Below are positions 29,132 through 64,000 of a stretch of DNA of 64,000 nt, one piece after another (within the stretch, counting starts at the first letter, position 1; each line of letters opens with the position of its first letter). The DNA is from the human T2T-CHM13v2.0 reference genome, Homo sapiens. Location: NCBI RefSeq assembly GCF_009914755.1, contig NC_060944.1. One strand, written 5' to 3'. Made by a program: the position numbers and the translations under genes. The notes below the pieces were generated by a model. It was not told where the DNA came from. It saw nothing but the letters and a program-made list of their open reading frames with translations, and searched no databases.

Positions 29132-29179
29132 CTAGAAAAAAAAAAAAAAGGAAAAGATAAAACACATGAAACAATTCAC

Positions 29180-29680
29180 TTCCCATTGTTTTTATGCTGA
29201 AGACAAAAGTCCTTTCCATGGCCCACATGGCCCTGCCTGGTCTGGCCCTACCTCTCCAGGCTCATCTCACACTCGGCCCTCCCCATCCCCTTTCTGGGTT
29301 CCAGCACCATGAACATGCTGTGTCCCTCCTTTTCCCACACCTTTGCATTTGACCTGGAATAATTTCTTCTTCTCTTTCCCTAGTTAACTCCCACATGGTC
29401 CTTATATCTCAGTTAAATCATCATTTCCTTAGGAAGGCACACTTTCCCTCACCACCCCACACCCAGGTAAAATCCCCCTGTTATATATGTTCTTTCACAT
29501 ATGTTCACAGTTAGTAACTTTTTCACTTATTTATATGATTGACTAATGTCTGTCTCCCTCATTAGACTAAGAGTTCCATGAGGGCAGGGACCATGTTTAT
29601 TTGCTTACCATGTATGCCTAACACCTGGCACAGTGGACAAACAATAAATATCTGTTGAATGGCTAAATGAATGACTTGCT
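29180..29680 (+). mobile_element. L2 3' end
   Basis: ctgtctccctcattagactaagagttccatgagggcagggaccatgt...cctggcacagt...aataaatatctgttgaatg. Confidence 0.8.
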
Positions 29681-30266
29681 GGCAAAGCAAAGTTCATAGC
29701 CATTTGAAGAGTTATCATCAGTGGCCTAAAGACTCCAAAGTTCCATCCATGAAGAAGTATTGTCAAGCAAGGTAGAATGATCCCAAATGTCACAGGATCT
29801 TGGGTTATGTTTTACTTCCACAGAGGAGGCGTGGAATGGCCATGATGATCAAGAGGAGGAAAGCTGGGTGTGGGTGGGCAGCTGGATAGTTAATAGGGAG
29901 TGGGATGGGGGTGGAAAGCTCTTGCCTTCCGCTGGTGTGTCCTAACAAGTTCATGGGTGTGTTCCAGAGTGAAAGAAAGGTAGGCAATCTTATAAGCAAA
30001 CATGGGTCAGAATATAGATGAGAAAGCCTCTCAAACCAAAATCGGTGGCCCTGTTGATTTAATGATCAAAGAATCTCATTTAGACAATATAAAATCAATG
30101 CTGCTATCTATTAGAAAACAGTATTTCAGAGGAGCCAAGATAGCTGTGCTTAACTGTGAAGGATTAAAAATTTAATGATGTAAAAAGCAGATCACACTAG
30201 AAAATATACTGCATTGTGACATTTATATGAAGTTAAAAGCATGTAAAATAATACTATGTGTTGGGG

Positions 30267-30573
<307 letters not shown>

Positions 30574-31639
30574 TTATTTAGTAACATATATAATAAAAGT
30601 CAAGGCCATGTGTGTGGATGATAACCACTAGATTCAGAACAGTGGTACTGGGTAGGAGGAGAAATAGGGAGATGAAAGTATGAGAGAGAGAGAGAGAGCT
30701 GTAGGAGTAAATTTTTTTCAGCCCGAAAATAGGTTCAAAAGTATGTACTATGCTTTATCTATTTTTGCATGTCTTAGGTCTTTCAAAATTAAAAAAAAAT
30801 TAACCAAAAAATATTTTTAGAAGACCATCTTTCAGTTTAAACTTGCACAGGTTTAGGTAGAGGCTTAATCTGAAAACCTGCAACAAACTTCAAAAACCTC
30901 CCTTTGATCATCTCTGTTCTTCTCACAGTTGGCAGAGTCCAAGTTAAGCGGTGGGAATTATCAGTAAGATTTATGGTGCCATTCACAGCTGGGGTTGTTT
31001 AATTAAAAGGACAAAATATAAACCAAGGTGCTTTTATCACAGAGAAGGGGGCTGGCTCAGCAATCAAGTGCTTAGTGAGGACAGCTGCAGCAGTGGTAGC
31101 AGGAAGGAGGCCTCACTAGCTAAGAGGTCTAGAGTTCTGCAGCAAAAACAAGGCCACCTGGAGTGGGTGAGATCCACAAAGAAGGCTGTGAGAAAGGAAT
31201 AGAGTTCATCCAGGGGCAGCCAGACAGACAGGTGGGAATGCAGACCTCATTCCCCAGGCTGGAAGCCAGCCAGCAGGGCTGCACTGAGAGAAAGTGGCAA
31301 CTACCCGGGATGTGTACATCCTGGGCAAAGGTGACACTGTGCCAGCAATGGAAGTACTTCCTTATAACCACAATCTTCTCAAATACTTTAAAACAGAAAG
31401 ATCTTCTGAAAGGAGTCTCCAGGTGGGAAGGCACACAGATCAGCAATCCCCACATTCTCAGCTTTCTAGTCTCCCTCAATTTCAGCAGCACAGGCACTAT
31501 TATGGCTCTCCTCATAGGCCCAATATCAGCTCTCCTAAGTGTAGACAAAATCCCTTTTAAAAATCCCTATTGCATCCAGCTAGAGACAGGAAAGTGGCTA
31601 AAATCAATGGAAATTTTTAAAATTATACACACATGTGCG

Positions 31640-31643
<4 letters not shown>

Positions 31644-31680
<37 letters not shown>
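31644..31680. repeat. (CA)n microsatellite of about 18 units
   Basis: Read directly from the sequence. Confidence 0.95.
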
Positions 31681-31682
<2 letters not shown>

Positions 31683-31919
31683 TAAGAAAATATAAGTATA
31701 AAATGAAGTTAGGGTATATATTAAAATCTGATGATCAATATTTCTAGATACATTCATTAGTCTTGACAATGATAAGATTTAAAACAATGACAGGAGAGAT
31801 TAAAAGTGATGTGAAGGGTAGTGACCTGGATATCTTACCTTTGTGATCACTAATCAGCTTGTAGACAGATGGTATGCTTTTCCATACGTAAGTTATATTA
31901 AAAAATCAAAATGTTTTAA

Positions 31920-34086
<2,167 letters not shown>

Positions 34087-35301
34087 TCTACCTACCCAAC
34101 CTATTTCGGAGAAGAGAACAGTCACTGCTAATTTATATCTGAATTCCTCAGCTTAGGAAACCCATGCCCAATTATTTCATCTACGGCCCTCAAGAGAATC
34201 CTGTTAAAGCATTTCATCTCAGCCCCTAAAGTTTTCAAGATATGCTCCATTAGTTTAAGATATATACTCCCTGGTCTTGGTGATACTAAGTCCCTAAAAT
34301 ATAGTTCTTAATTTTAGAGGAAGAGTCAAAGACCACACACCAATAACAGCTATGAACTCTTGGAAACAATGATATACACACACACACATATAATTCTCCA
34401 TACCATTTCCACGGTTTTATAGGCCCATTAAGGCCAAGTTAAGAACCCTCAGTCTAGATATTTTTTAAAATCTCTCTGGGGTCTAAAATTCTAGAATTCA
34501 CCAGCTTCATCTGTCACTGATGACCAGTGACACAGAAAGCACACTGCTATTTCTGGTTTCATTAGTAACAAAAGCTAAAATGAACCACAAACAGACAATG
34601 CCAATGAGATGCAGCCTTATTTCACCCCAGCCTAAATCTTCTCTCTCAGTGGCTCCCAGCCAATCAAGGAGTGTTGTAGCCATTTAACTACATGGGTAGT
34701 ACACATGGTTAATCTGTTAACTTTCTCAGACCCCAGGAAAAGAAGAATGGTCCCACTATGCAATTCTCCTTGGCTATTACATATGGATTAAGACTGAAGT
34801 TTATATCAGGCATTTAATACATGCCAAATTTTCCAATTAAGATTACTTTCTGCAGGGAGACAGAAATGACATTGAGAATCCAATTTTACCTCAGATAGGC
34901 ATAACAGTGACTTAAAAGCTGTATTTATCTTCCTATGCAAAAAAAAAAAAAAAAAAAAAAGACTGGTGAAAGACTAGAAGATTTTTAAGGGTCCTCATTA
35001 ACGACAGGTAATATAACTGTTATTCAGCACTACTCCAGAAGTCTGAACTTGCACAGGTATGTGGATATTAATAGTTATTAATAAGCTACATAGATGAAGC
35101 TGGCCCTTCTTTATCTGTTAGTAAAGCTGTCTTGTGGGTTTGGGGTTGATCATTCCAGAGCTGGCTGAACAGGCCAGAAGTTTCACCATCACTTCCTAGC
35201 ACTTTAAAGCATCTGGATCCTTAAGTATAAGATCTTTGTAATAACAAAGACCAGAAGGTTACCAAATTCCACCAGCTTTGCTCCACCCACAAACTACTTA
35301 C

Positions 35302-35364
35302 CACAACTTTATTGAAGTCCTGGATTGCAAAATACAGGGCAATAGCAGTGAGTGCATCAGTTAT
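35302..35364 (-). CDS. PIGU: PIGU coding exon 4 (63 bp, phase 0 to 0)
   Basis: cttttgacag|ATA ACT GAT...GTT GTG|gtaagt; encodes ITDALTAIALYFAIQDFNKVV. Confidence 0.97.
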
Positions 35365-36209
35365 CTGTCAAAAGAAAGAGAAATAATAGGAAATGGAACA
35401 CAGTAAGTGTAAGAGTACTAGAGTGCTACCAGGGCTTGGAGTTTTGAGATAGTGATGGACTACCAAGTACTGGACTCTTACAATCAGGTAGAACTTCAAC
35501 CCTCACTTTGACTACCCAAAGATAAGGCCCATTCAGGCAGGGTGAACTGGAAATCCCTGAGGATCAGGACCCATCTAGGTTCACTTCAGTTTAGTGGCCC
35601 ATATCTGCTCTAGAATTGCAAGATACTTATGTTTTTTGTAAAATGGAAATAATACCCACTGCTTTGCATGCCTGATGTATGTCAAGTGCCTAGCACACAG
35701 TAGGTCCTCAATAAATAGAGTTTGTTATAATTACTAAGGAAGACCTCAGTGGGCTTCCTGGGTATTTCTTGACTCAAATTTTCAATCCCAGACAAGTGTT
35801 TCAAATTGCTATGCTCTCAAAACATAGACCTGTCATCCCAATTCTGAAGCTTCTCGCCCCTGAAAGCCTCAAACCTGTGTCCTCTTCTTCCATAATGACT
35901 CACAGAATCTCTTGGCAAAATGCTTAGGACAAATTCAGAATGCCCTCCACGCCGGCTTCACAATTAAAGCCAATCATAGAATCTCAGAGCTAGAAAATTC
36001 AAGACTATATATAGTCCAGAAACCAAATTCTAAAAAGAGTAAGTATTTGGAACTGGTTACACATCAGAAACTATTCCTCACACTTCCATAATACTGCCAC
36101 AGTTCCATGAATTCAAAGTAAAGACATAAGTTTTTGCTTTTATTTTCTGAGAAACTCCTGAGTTCCTATGTTTTTTGTTTTTTGTTTTTTTCTTAAACAC
36201 AAGATGACA

Positions 36210-37076
<867 letters not shown>

Positions 37077-37189
37077 CTAAAGGTAAGAGGTGAATTGTAG
37101 TTCTAAGACATATATAATAGCCGAGGGGAATTCCACAACAGACCAAGATTGCTGATTCCATTTCACTCACAAAATGAGCTTCTTCTGTT

Positions 37190-45470
<8,281 letters not shown>

Positions 45471-45870
45471 GCTAATTTTATGGGTTAAGTAAGTTTTTCT
45501 GGGCTTTCTAAGGAAACAACATTACTGCCATAGTTTTCATGGGAAATCATATTCCAAACAACAAATTACATGCTAATTAGCATACAACCTATTTGCGGAC
45601 TAAGGACTGTTTGCAACTTATTTGCCTTTACAAATGGTAACTTCTACAGAAGCCTCATCTGCTTCCCCAGTTACAATCTTAATCTGGATCATTTCCATTG
45701 CAATTGCAAAACCTCTTTCTTATGCAGAGGACATCTAAAAACGGGCTGTTTCTAAATATGATCGTCAAGAATACATCTTTTTAAATGTTTGTACAAAACA
45801 GAGGTTAGGCTTTGGTATCTGTGACTGTAAACTACTCTTGGTACCCAGAAAAGAAAATAAGAACACTTAC

Positions 45871-45935
45871 TTCATGAAATACTGCTCCAGAATACGGAGA
45901 TACTCCCAAGTCCAACAGTGAAAGGCCTTCAACCA
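45871..45935 (-). CDS. PIGU: PIGU coding exon 2 (65 bp, phase 1 to 0)
   Basis: Minus strand reads ttttcag|TG GTT GAA GGC...TTT CAT GAA|gtaagt. It encodes (V)[21 protein letters not shown], matching the recalled human PIGU protein. Confidence 0.97.
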
Positions 45936-46617
45936 CTGAAAAATTAGATATACAAGTTCACTCAGACTAAGCAGGCAGCTACAGACCAAATTGTTAGATA
46001 CCCCCACAACCAAAAAGGGCCTTAGCGTTTATCTAACCCCCTTTACCTCATCCCCAGCAAGTGGCTTTAAGTCTTGAACATTTCTGATGACGGGAAACTC
46101 TCTTTCATGGACAGCATCCTTTTTCATTGTGGGCAGCACTCATTATAAGACAGTTTTATGTTAAACTATCCGCTTCCTTTTAGTTCCTTGTAACTCTTAC
46201 CAACTCTCAAAAATGTCTCATTTATGCCTAATCTTCCCCATTCCAAAGCACAATAAGATAACAAATTAGAAGCTGGTGAGAAATGTTGCCATAGTGTGAG
46301 GAAATGGGCAGTCACTCTCATATGCTGCTCATTTGAGTGACATTTGTATTAACTTTTCGACAGGGCAATATGTGCTTTCTAAGTGTGTGCCTTCTGACCC
46401 AGATATGATACTTCTTAGGGCAGTTTATCCTATGGAAATAACCTGACAAGTACCCAAAGAGGTATGTTCCTTACACTGTTCAGAGTACTGAACAATTAGA
46501 AATAATCTGAATGTCCATTAATGAAAATTTATTTCAATGAATTATGACATAATATATATCTCTATATAATGGAATGCTTTATACTTAAAATTATACTGTG
46601 TTATAAATAATAAATAA

Positions 46618-48779
46618 CCTCTCCCTCTCCCTCTCCCTCACCCTCTCCCTCTCTCTCTCTCCACGGTCTCCCTCTCCCTCTCTTTCCACGGTCTCCCTCT
46701 CCCTCTCTTTCCACGGTCTCCCTCTGATGCCGAGCCGAAGCTGGACTGTACTGCTGCCATCTCGGCTCACTGCAACCTCCCTGCCTGATTCTCCTGCCTC
46801 AGCCTGCCCAGTGCCTGCGATTGCAGGCGCGCGCCGCCACGCCTGACTGGTTTTCGTATTTTTTTGGTGGAGACGGGGTTTCGCTGTGTTGGCCGGGCCG
46901 GTCTCCAGCTCCTACCCGCGAGTGATCCGCCAACCTCGGCCTCCCGAGGTGCCGGGATTGCAGACGGAGTCTCGTTCACTCAGTGCTCAGTGGTGCCCAG
47001 GCTGGAGTGCAGTGGCGTGATCTCGGCTCGCTACAACCTCCACCTCCCAGCCACCTGCCTTGGCCTCCCAAAGTGCCGAGATTGCAGCCTCTGCCCGGCC
47101 GCCACCCCGTCTGGGAAGTGAGGAGCATCTCTGCCTGGCCGCCCATCATCTGGGATGTGAGGAGCCCCTCTGCCTGGCTGCCCAGTCTGGAAAGTGAGGA
47201 GCCTCTCTGCCCGGCCGCCATCCCATCTAGGAAGTGAGGAGCGTCTCTGCCCGGCCGCCCATCGTCTGAGATGTGGGCAGTGCCTCTGCCCCACCGCCCC
47301 GTCTGGGATGTGAGGAGCGCCTCTGCCCAGCCGCGACCCCATCTGGGAGGTGAGGAGCGTCTCTGCCCAGCCGCCCCGTCTGAGAAGTGAGGAGACCCTC
47401 TGCCTGACAACCGCCCCGTCTGAGAAGTGAGGAGCCCCTCCGCCCGGCAGCCGCCCCGTCTGAGAAGTGAGGAGCCCCTCCGCCTGGCAGCCGCCCCGTC
47501 TGAGAAGCGAGGAGCCCCTCCGCCCGGCAGCCACCCCGTCTGGGAAGTGAGGAGCATCTCCGCCCGGCAGCCACCCCGTCCAGGAGGGAGGTGGGGGTCA
47601 ACCCCCGCCAGGCCAGCCGCCCCGTCCGGGAGGGAGGCGGAGGGGTCAGCCCCCCGCCCAGCCAGCCGCCCCGTCCGGGAGGTGAGGGGCGCCTCTGCCC
47701 GGCCACCCCCTACTGGGAAGTGAGGAGCCCCTCTGCCCGGCCAGCTGCCCCGTCCGGGAGGGAGGTGGGGGGGTCAGCCCCCCACCCGGCCAGCCGCCCC
47801 GTCCGGGAGGTGAGGGGCGCCTCTGCCCGGCTGCCCCTACTGGGAAGTGAGGAGCCCCTCTGCCCGGCCAGCCGCCCCGTCCAGGAGGGAGGTGGGGGGG
47901 TCAGCCCCCCGCCCGGCCAGCCGCCCCGTCCGGGAGGGAGGTGGGGGGGTCAGCCCCCCGCCCGGCCAGCCGCCCCGTCCGGGAGGGAGGTGGGGGGGTC
48001 AGCCCCCCGCCCGGCCAGCCGCCCCGTCCGGGAGGTGAGGGGCGCCTCTGCCCGGCCGCCCCTACTGGGAAGTGAGGAGCCCCTCTGCCCGGCCAGCCGC
48101 CCGGTCCGGGAGGGAGGTGGGGGGGTCAGCCCCCGGCCCGGCCAGCCGCCCCGTCCGGGAGGTGAGGGGCGCCTCTGCCCGGCTGCCCCTACTGGGAAGT
48201 GAGGAGCCCCTCTGCCCAGCCACCACCCAGTCTTGGAGGTGTACCCAACAGCTCATTGAGAACGGGCCAGGATGACAATGGCGGTTTTGTGGAATAGAAA
48301 GGGGGGAAAGGTGGGGAAAAGATTGAGAAATCGGATGGTGGCCGTGTCTGTATAGAAAGAAGTAGACATGGGAGACTTTTCATTTTGTTCTGTACTAAGA
48401 AAAATTATTCTGCCTTGGGATCCTGTTGATCTGTGACCTTACCCCCAACCCCATGCTCTCTGAAACATGTGCTGTGTCCACTCAGGGTTAAATGGATTAA
48501 GGGCGGTGCAAGATGTGCTTTGTTAAACAGATGCTTGAAGGCAGCATGCTTGTTAAGAGTCATCACCACTCCCTAATCTCAAGTACCCAGGGACACAAAC
48601 ACTGCGGAAGGCTGCAGGGTCCTCTGCCTAGGAAAACCAGAGACCTTTGTTCACTTGTTTATCTGCTGACCTTCCCTCCACTATTGTCCTATGACCCTGC
48701 CAAATCCCCCTCTGCGAGAAACACCCAAGAATGATCAATTAAAAAAAAAAAAAAAAAAAAGAACAGCTTTAAAAAATAA
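46618..48779 (+). mobile_element. Full-length SVA retrotransposon (subfamily D-F type), antisense to PIGU, in intron 1
   Basis: (CCCTCT)n head from 46618; Alu-like domain about 46720-47090; GC-rich VNTR about 47090-48235; SINE-R about 48236-48740; A20 tail. TSD ataaataataaataa at 46603-46617 and 48780-48794. Confidence 0.97.
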
Positions 48780-48796
48780 ATAAATAATAAATAAAT

Positions 48797-49740
<944 letters not shown>

Positions 49741-49889
49741 ACACTAGAGATCTATATTTAATGAAGAAAAGCAGCCCATAAAATATTCTTAAATGAAAAG
49801 TAGGTCAAAAGACAGCATATAAAATATAATAGGTTTTTTTGGTGATTTTTTTAAATGACTATTTTAGCAATTTCTCTTGGCTTTTACTT

Positions 49890-51375
49890 ATTTTCCTTTG
49901 CAAATTTTCTGGGGGTTGAGGGGGTACATGTCCAGGTTTGTTACATGGGTAAATTGCATGTCATAGAGGTTTGGAGTGCAGATAATCTCATCACCCAGGT
50001 AATAAGCACAGTACCTGACAGGTAGCTTTTCCATCTTCACCCTCCTCCCACCCTCCACCCTCAAGTAGGCCCAGGTATCTACTGCTACTTTCTTTGTGTC
50101 CATGTGTACTCAGTGTTTAGCTTCCACTTATAAGTGAGAATATGCTGTATTTGGTTTTCTGTTCTTGCATTAATTTGCTTAGGATAATGTCTCCAGCTCC
50201 ATCCATGTTGGTGCAAAGGACATGAGCTCATTCTTTTTTTTTTTTTAATGCTGCATAGTGTTCCATGGTGTATATGTACATTTTCTTTATCCAGTCCACC
50301 ACTGATGGGCATTCAGGTTAATTCCGTGTCTTTGCTATTGTGAATACTGCTGTGATGAACATACACATGCATGCATCTTTAGGGCAGAACAATTTCTATT
50401 CCTTTAGGTATATACCTAGTAATGGGATTGATGGGTCGAATGGCAGTTCTGTTTTAGGATCTTTGAGAAATCTTCAAACTGCTTTCCACGGTGGCTGAAT
50501 TAATTTATATTCCCACCAGTCGTGTATAAGTGTTTCCTTTTCTCCACAACCTTGCCAGCATCTATTATTTTTTGACTTTTTAATAATGGTCATTCTGACT
50601 GGTATGAGATAGTATCTCATTGTGGTTTTGAGATAGTATCTCATTGTGGTTTTGATTTGCATTTCTCTAATGACTAATTATGTTGAGCATTTTTTCATAT
50701 GCTTGTTGGCCACATGCATGTCTTCTTTTGAGATGTGTCTGTTCATGTCCTGTGCCCCCCCGCCAACTGTTTTTCCAAGACAGGTTCTCGCTCTATTGCC
50801 CAGGTTGAAGTACAGTGGCATGATCAGGGCTCACTGCAGCCTTGACCTCTCAGGCTCAATCGATCCTCCCACCTCAGCCTCTCGAGCAGTTGGGACTTCA
50901 GGTGTGCATCACCATGCCTGGCTAATTTTTGTATTTTTTGTAGAGATGGGGTTTCACCATGTTACTCAGGCTGGTCTCAAACTCCTGGGCTCAAGCAATC
51001 TTCCTGCCTCAGCCTCCCAAAGTGCTGGAATTACAGTGGTGCTGGAATTACAGGTATGAGCCACCATGCCCAGCCCTTTGCCTTTTTTTTTTTTTTTTTT
51101 TGAGACAGAGTCTCGGTCTGTCACCCAGGCTGGAATGCAGTGGCTTGATCTTGGCTCACTGCAACCTCTGCCTCCTGGGTTCAAGCAATTCTCCTGCCTC
51201 AGCCACCCAGTAGCTAGGATTACAGGTGCCTGCCACCAGACCAGCTAATTTTTGTATTTTTAGTGGAGTCGGGGTTTTACTATGTTGGCCAGGCTAGTCT
51301 TGAACTCCTGACCTCAAGGGATCTGCCTGCCTCAGCTTTTCAAAATTGCACATTTTTAAATAGGTTTGTTTGTAG
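49890..51375 (-). mobile_element. Older L1PA/PB 3' end, antisense, interrupted by two Alus (50770-51075, 51083-51343)
   Basis: ggggtacatgtccaggtttgttacatgggtaaattgcatg; minus-strand peptide [10 protein letters not shown]...[14 protein letters not shown]. Confidence 0.88.
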
Positions 51376-51595
51376 AGTTTTATCTTAAACTTTTATAAGC
51401 ATTCATTTAATTATTTGAAAGAGAGAGAATGAACATGTACTCAATGAGAAATGCCTGGAAAAATAAATATTTAAATGTTCACAATGACCATTTCTAGGTG
51501 ATAAGATTACAGAAGATGCTTGATTTTTTTCATCTTCATTTTATGAATCTTTAGCAATGAGGATGTATTATTTTACAATTATTCAAAAGAAGTAG

Positions 51596-55833
<4,238 letters not shown>

Positions 55834-55959
55834 AATAATTCTTAGTTACCTTGGTATACTTTTCCTATGGGTGCTAATAAAAGCATATCATCCTGTATAA
55901 GACAAATATTATTTTTCAGTTTCCCGTATCAATAAGGACAAAAGCTTGTTCAAAAGCAG

Positions 55960-63961
<8,002 letters not shown>

Positions 63962-64000
63962 GAGAGAGAAAATGTGGAAAAACCGGATATAAACAGGTAA

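Noticed and set aside
31163-31747. 194-aa ORF in non-Alu sequence, antisense to PIGU
   Set aside because: It has a non-ATG start, runs through a (CA)n repeat, and shows no recognisable domain or splice context.
31830-31900. Strong minus-strand donor-like AAG|gtaaga near 31838 as another cryptic exon
   Set aside because: No convincing polypyrimidine tract with AG acceptor at a plausible distance upstream.
46767-48734. Many overlapping Pro/Gly/Arg-rich ORFs and an array of 35-50-bp repeats resembling a CRISPR array
   Set aside because: This is the SVA VNTR: tandem GC-rich units without unique spacers, and no cas genes. The ORFs reflect the scarcity of stop codons in GC-rich repeats.

Overview
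Human (at minimum great-ape) genomic DNA from inside the minus-strand gene PIGU (GPI-anchor transamidase subunit U, also called CDC91L1). Six internal coding exons (exons 2-7; 65, 60, 63, 110, 101 and 98 bp) have canonical GT-AG sites. They splice in one frame to give about residues 44-209 ([17 protein letters not shown]...[11 protein letters not shown]). Exon 1 and the promoter lie beyond the right edge; exon 8 onward lies beyond the left edge. The rest is very repeat-dense intron: roughly 70 Alus (hand count), a 5'-truncated L1PA nested in a THE1 solo LTR, a full-length SVA in intron 1, a near-full-length fossil HAL1, old L1M, L2, MIR and MLT pieces, a MER44A MITE and microsatellites. Almost all ORFs in the supplied track are translations of repeats. 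I see no evidence of a new multi-gene system. The most interesting items are: (1) an Alu-THE1A chimeric, polyadenylated retrocopy inside one probable target-site duplication (TSD); (2) short 3' transductions on the L1 and the SVA; (3) two candidate poison exons of PIGU; (4) a very young nested AluY; (5) several fold-back templated-insertion scars. Gene identity and repeat subfamilies come from recalled sequences, not from a database search. Repeat boundaries are approximate unless a TSD is quoted.
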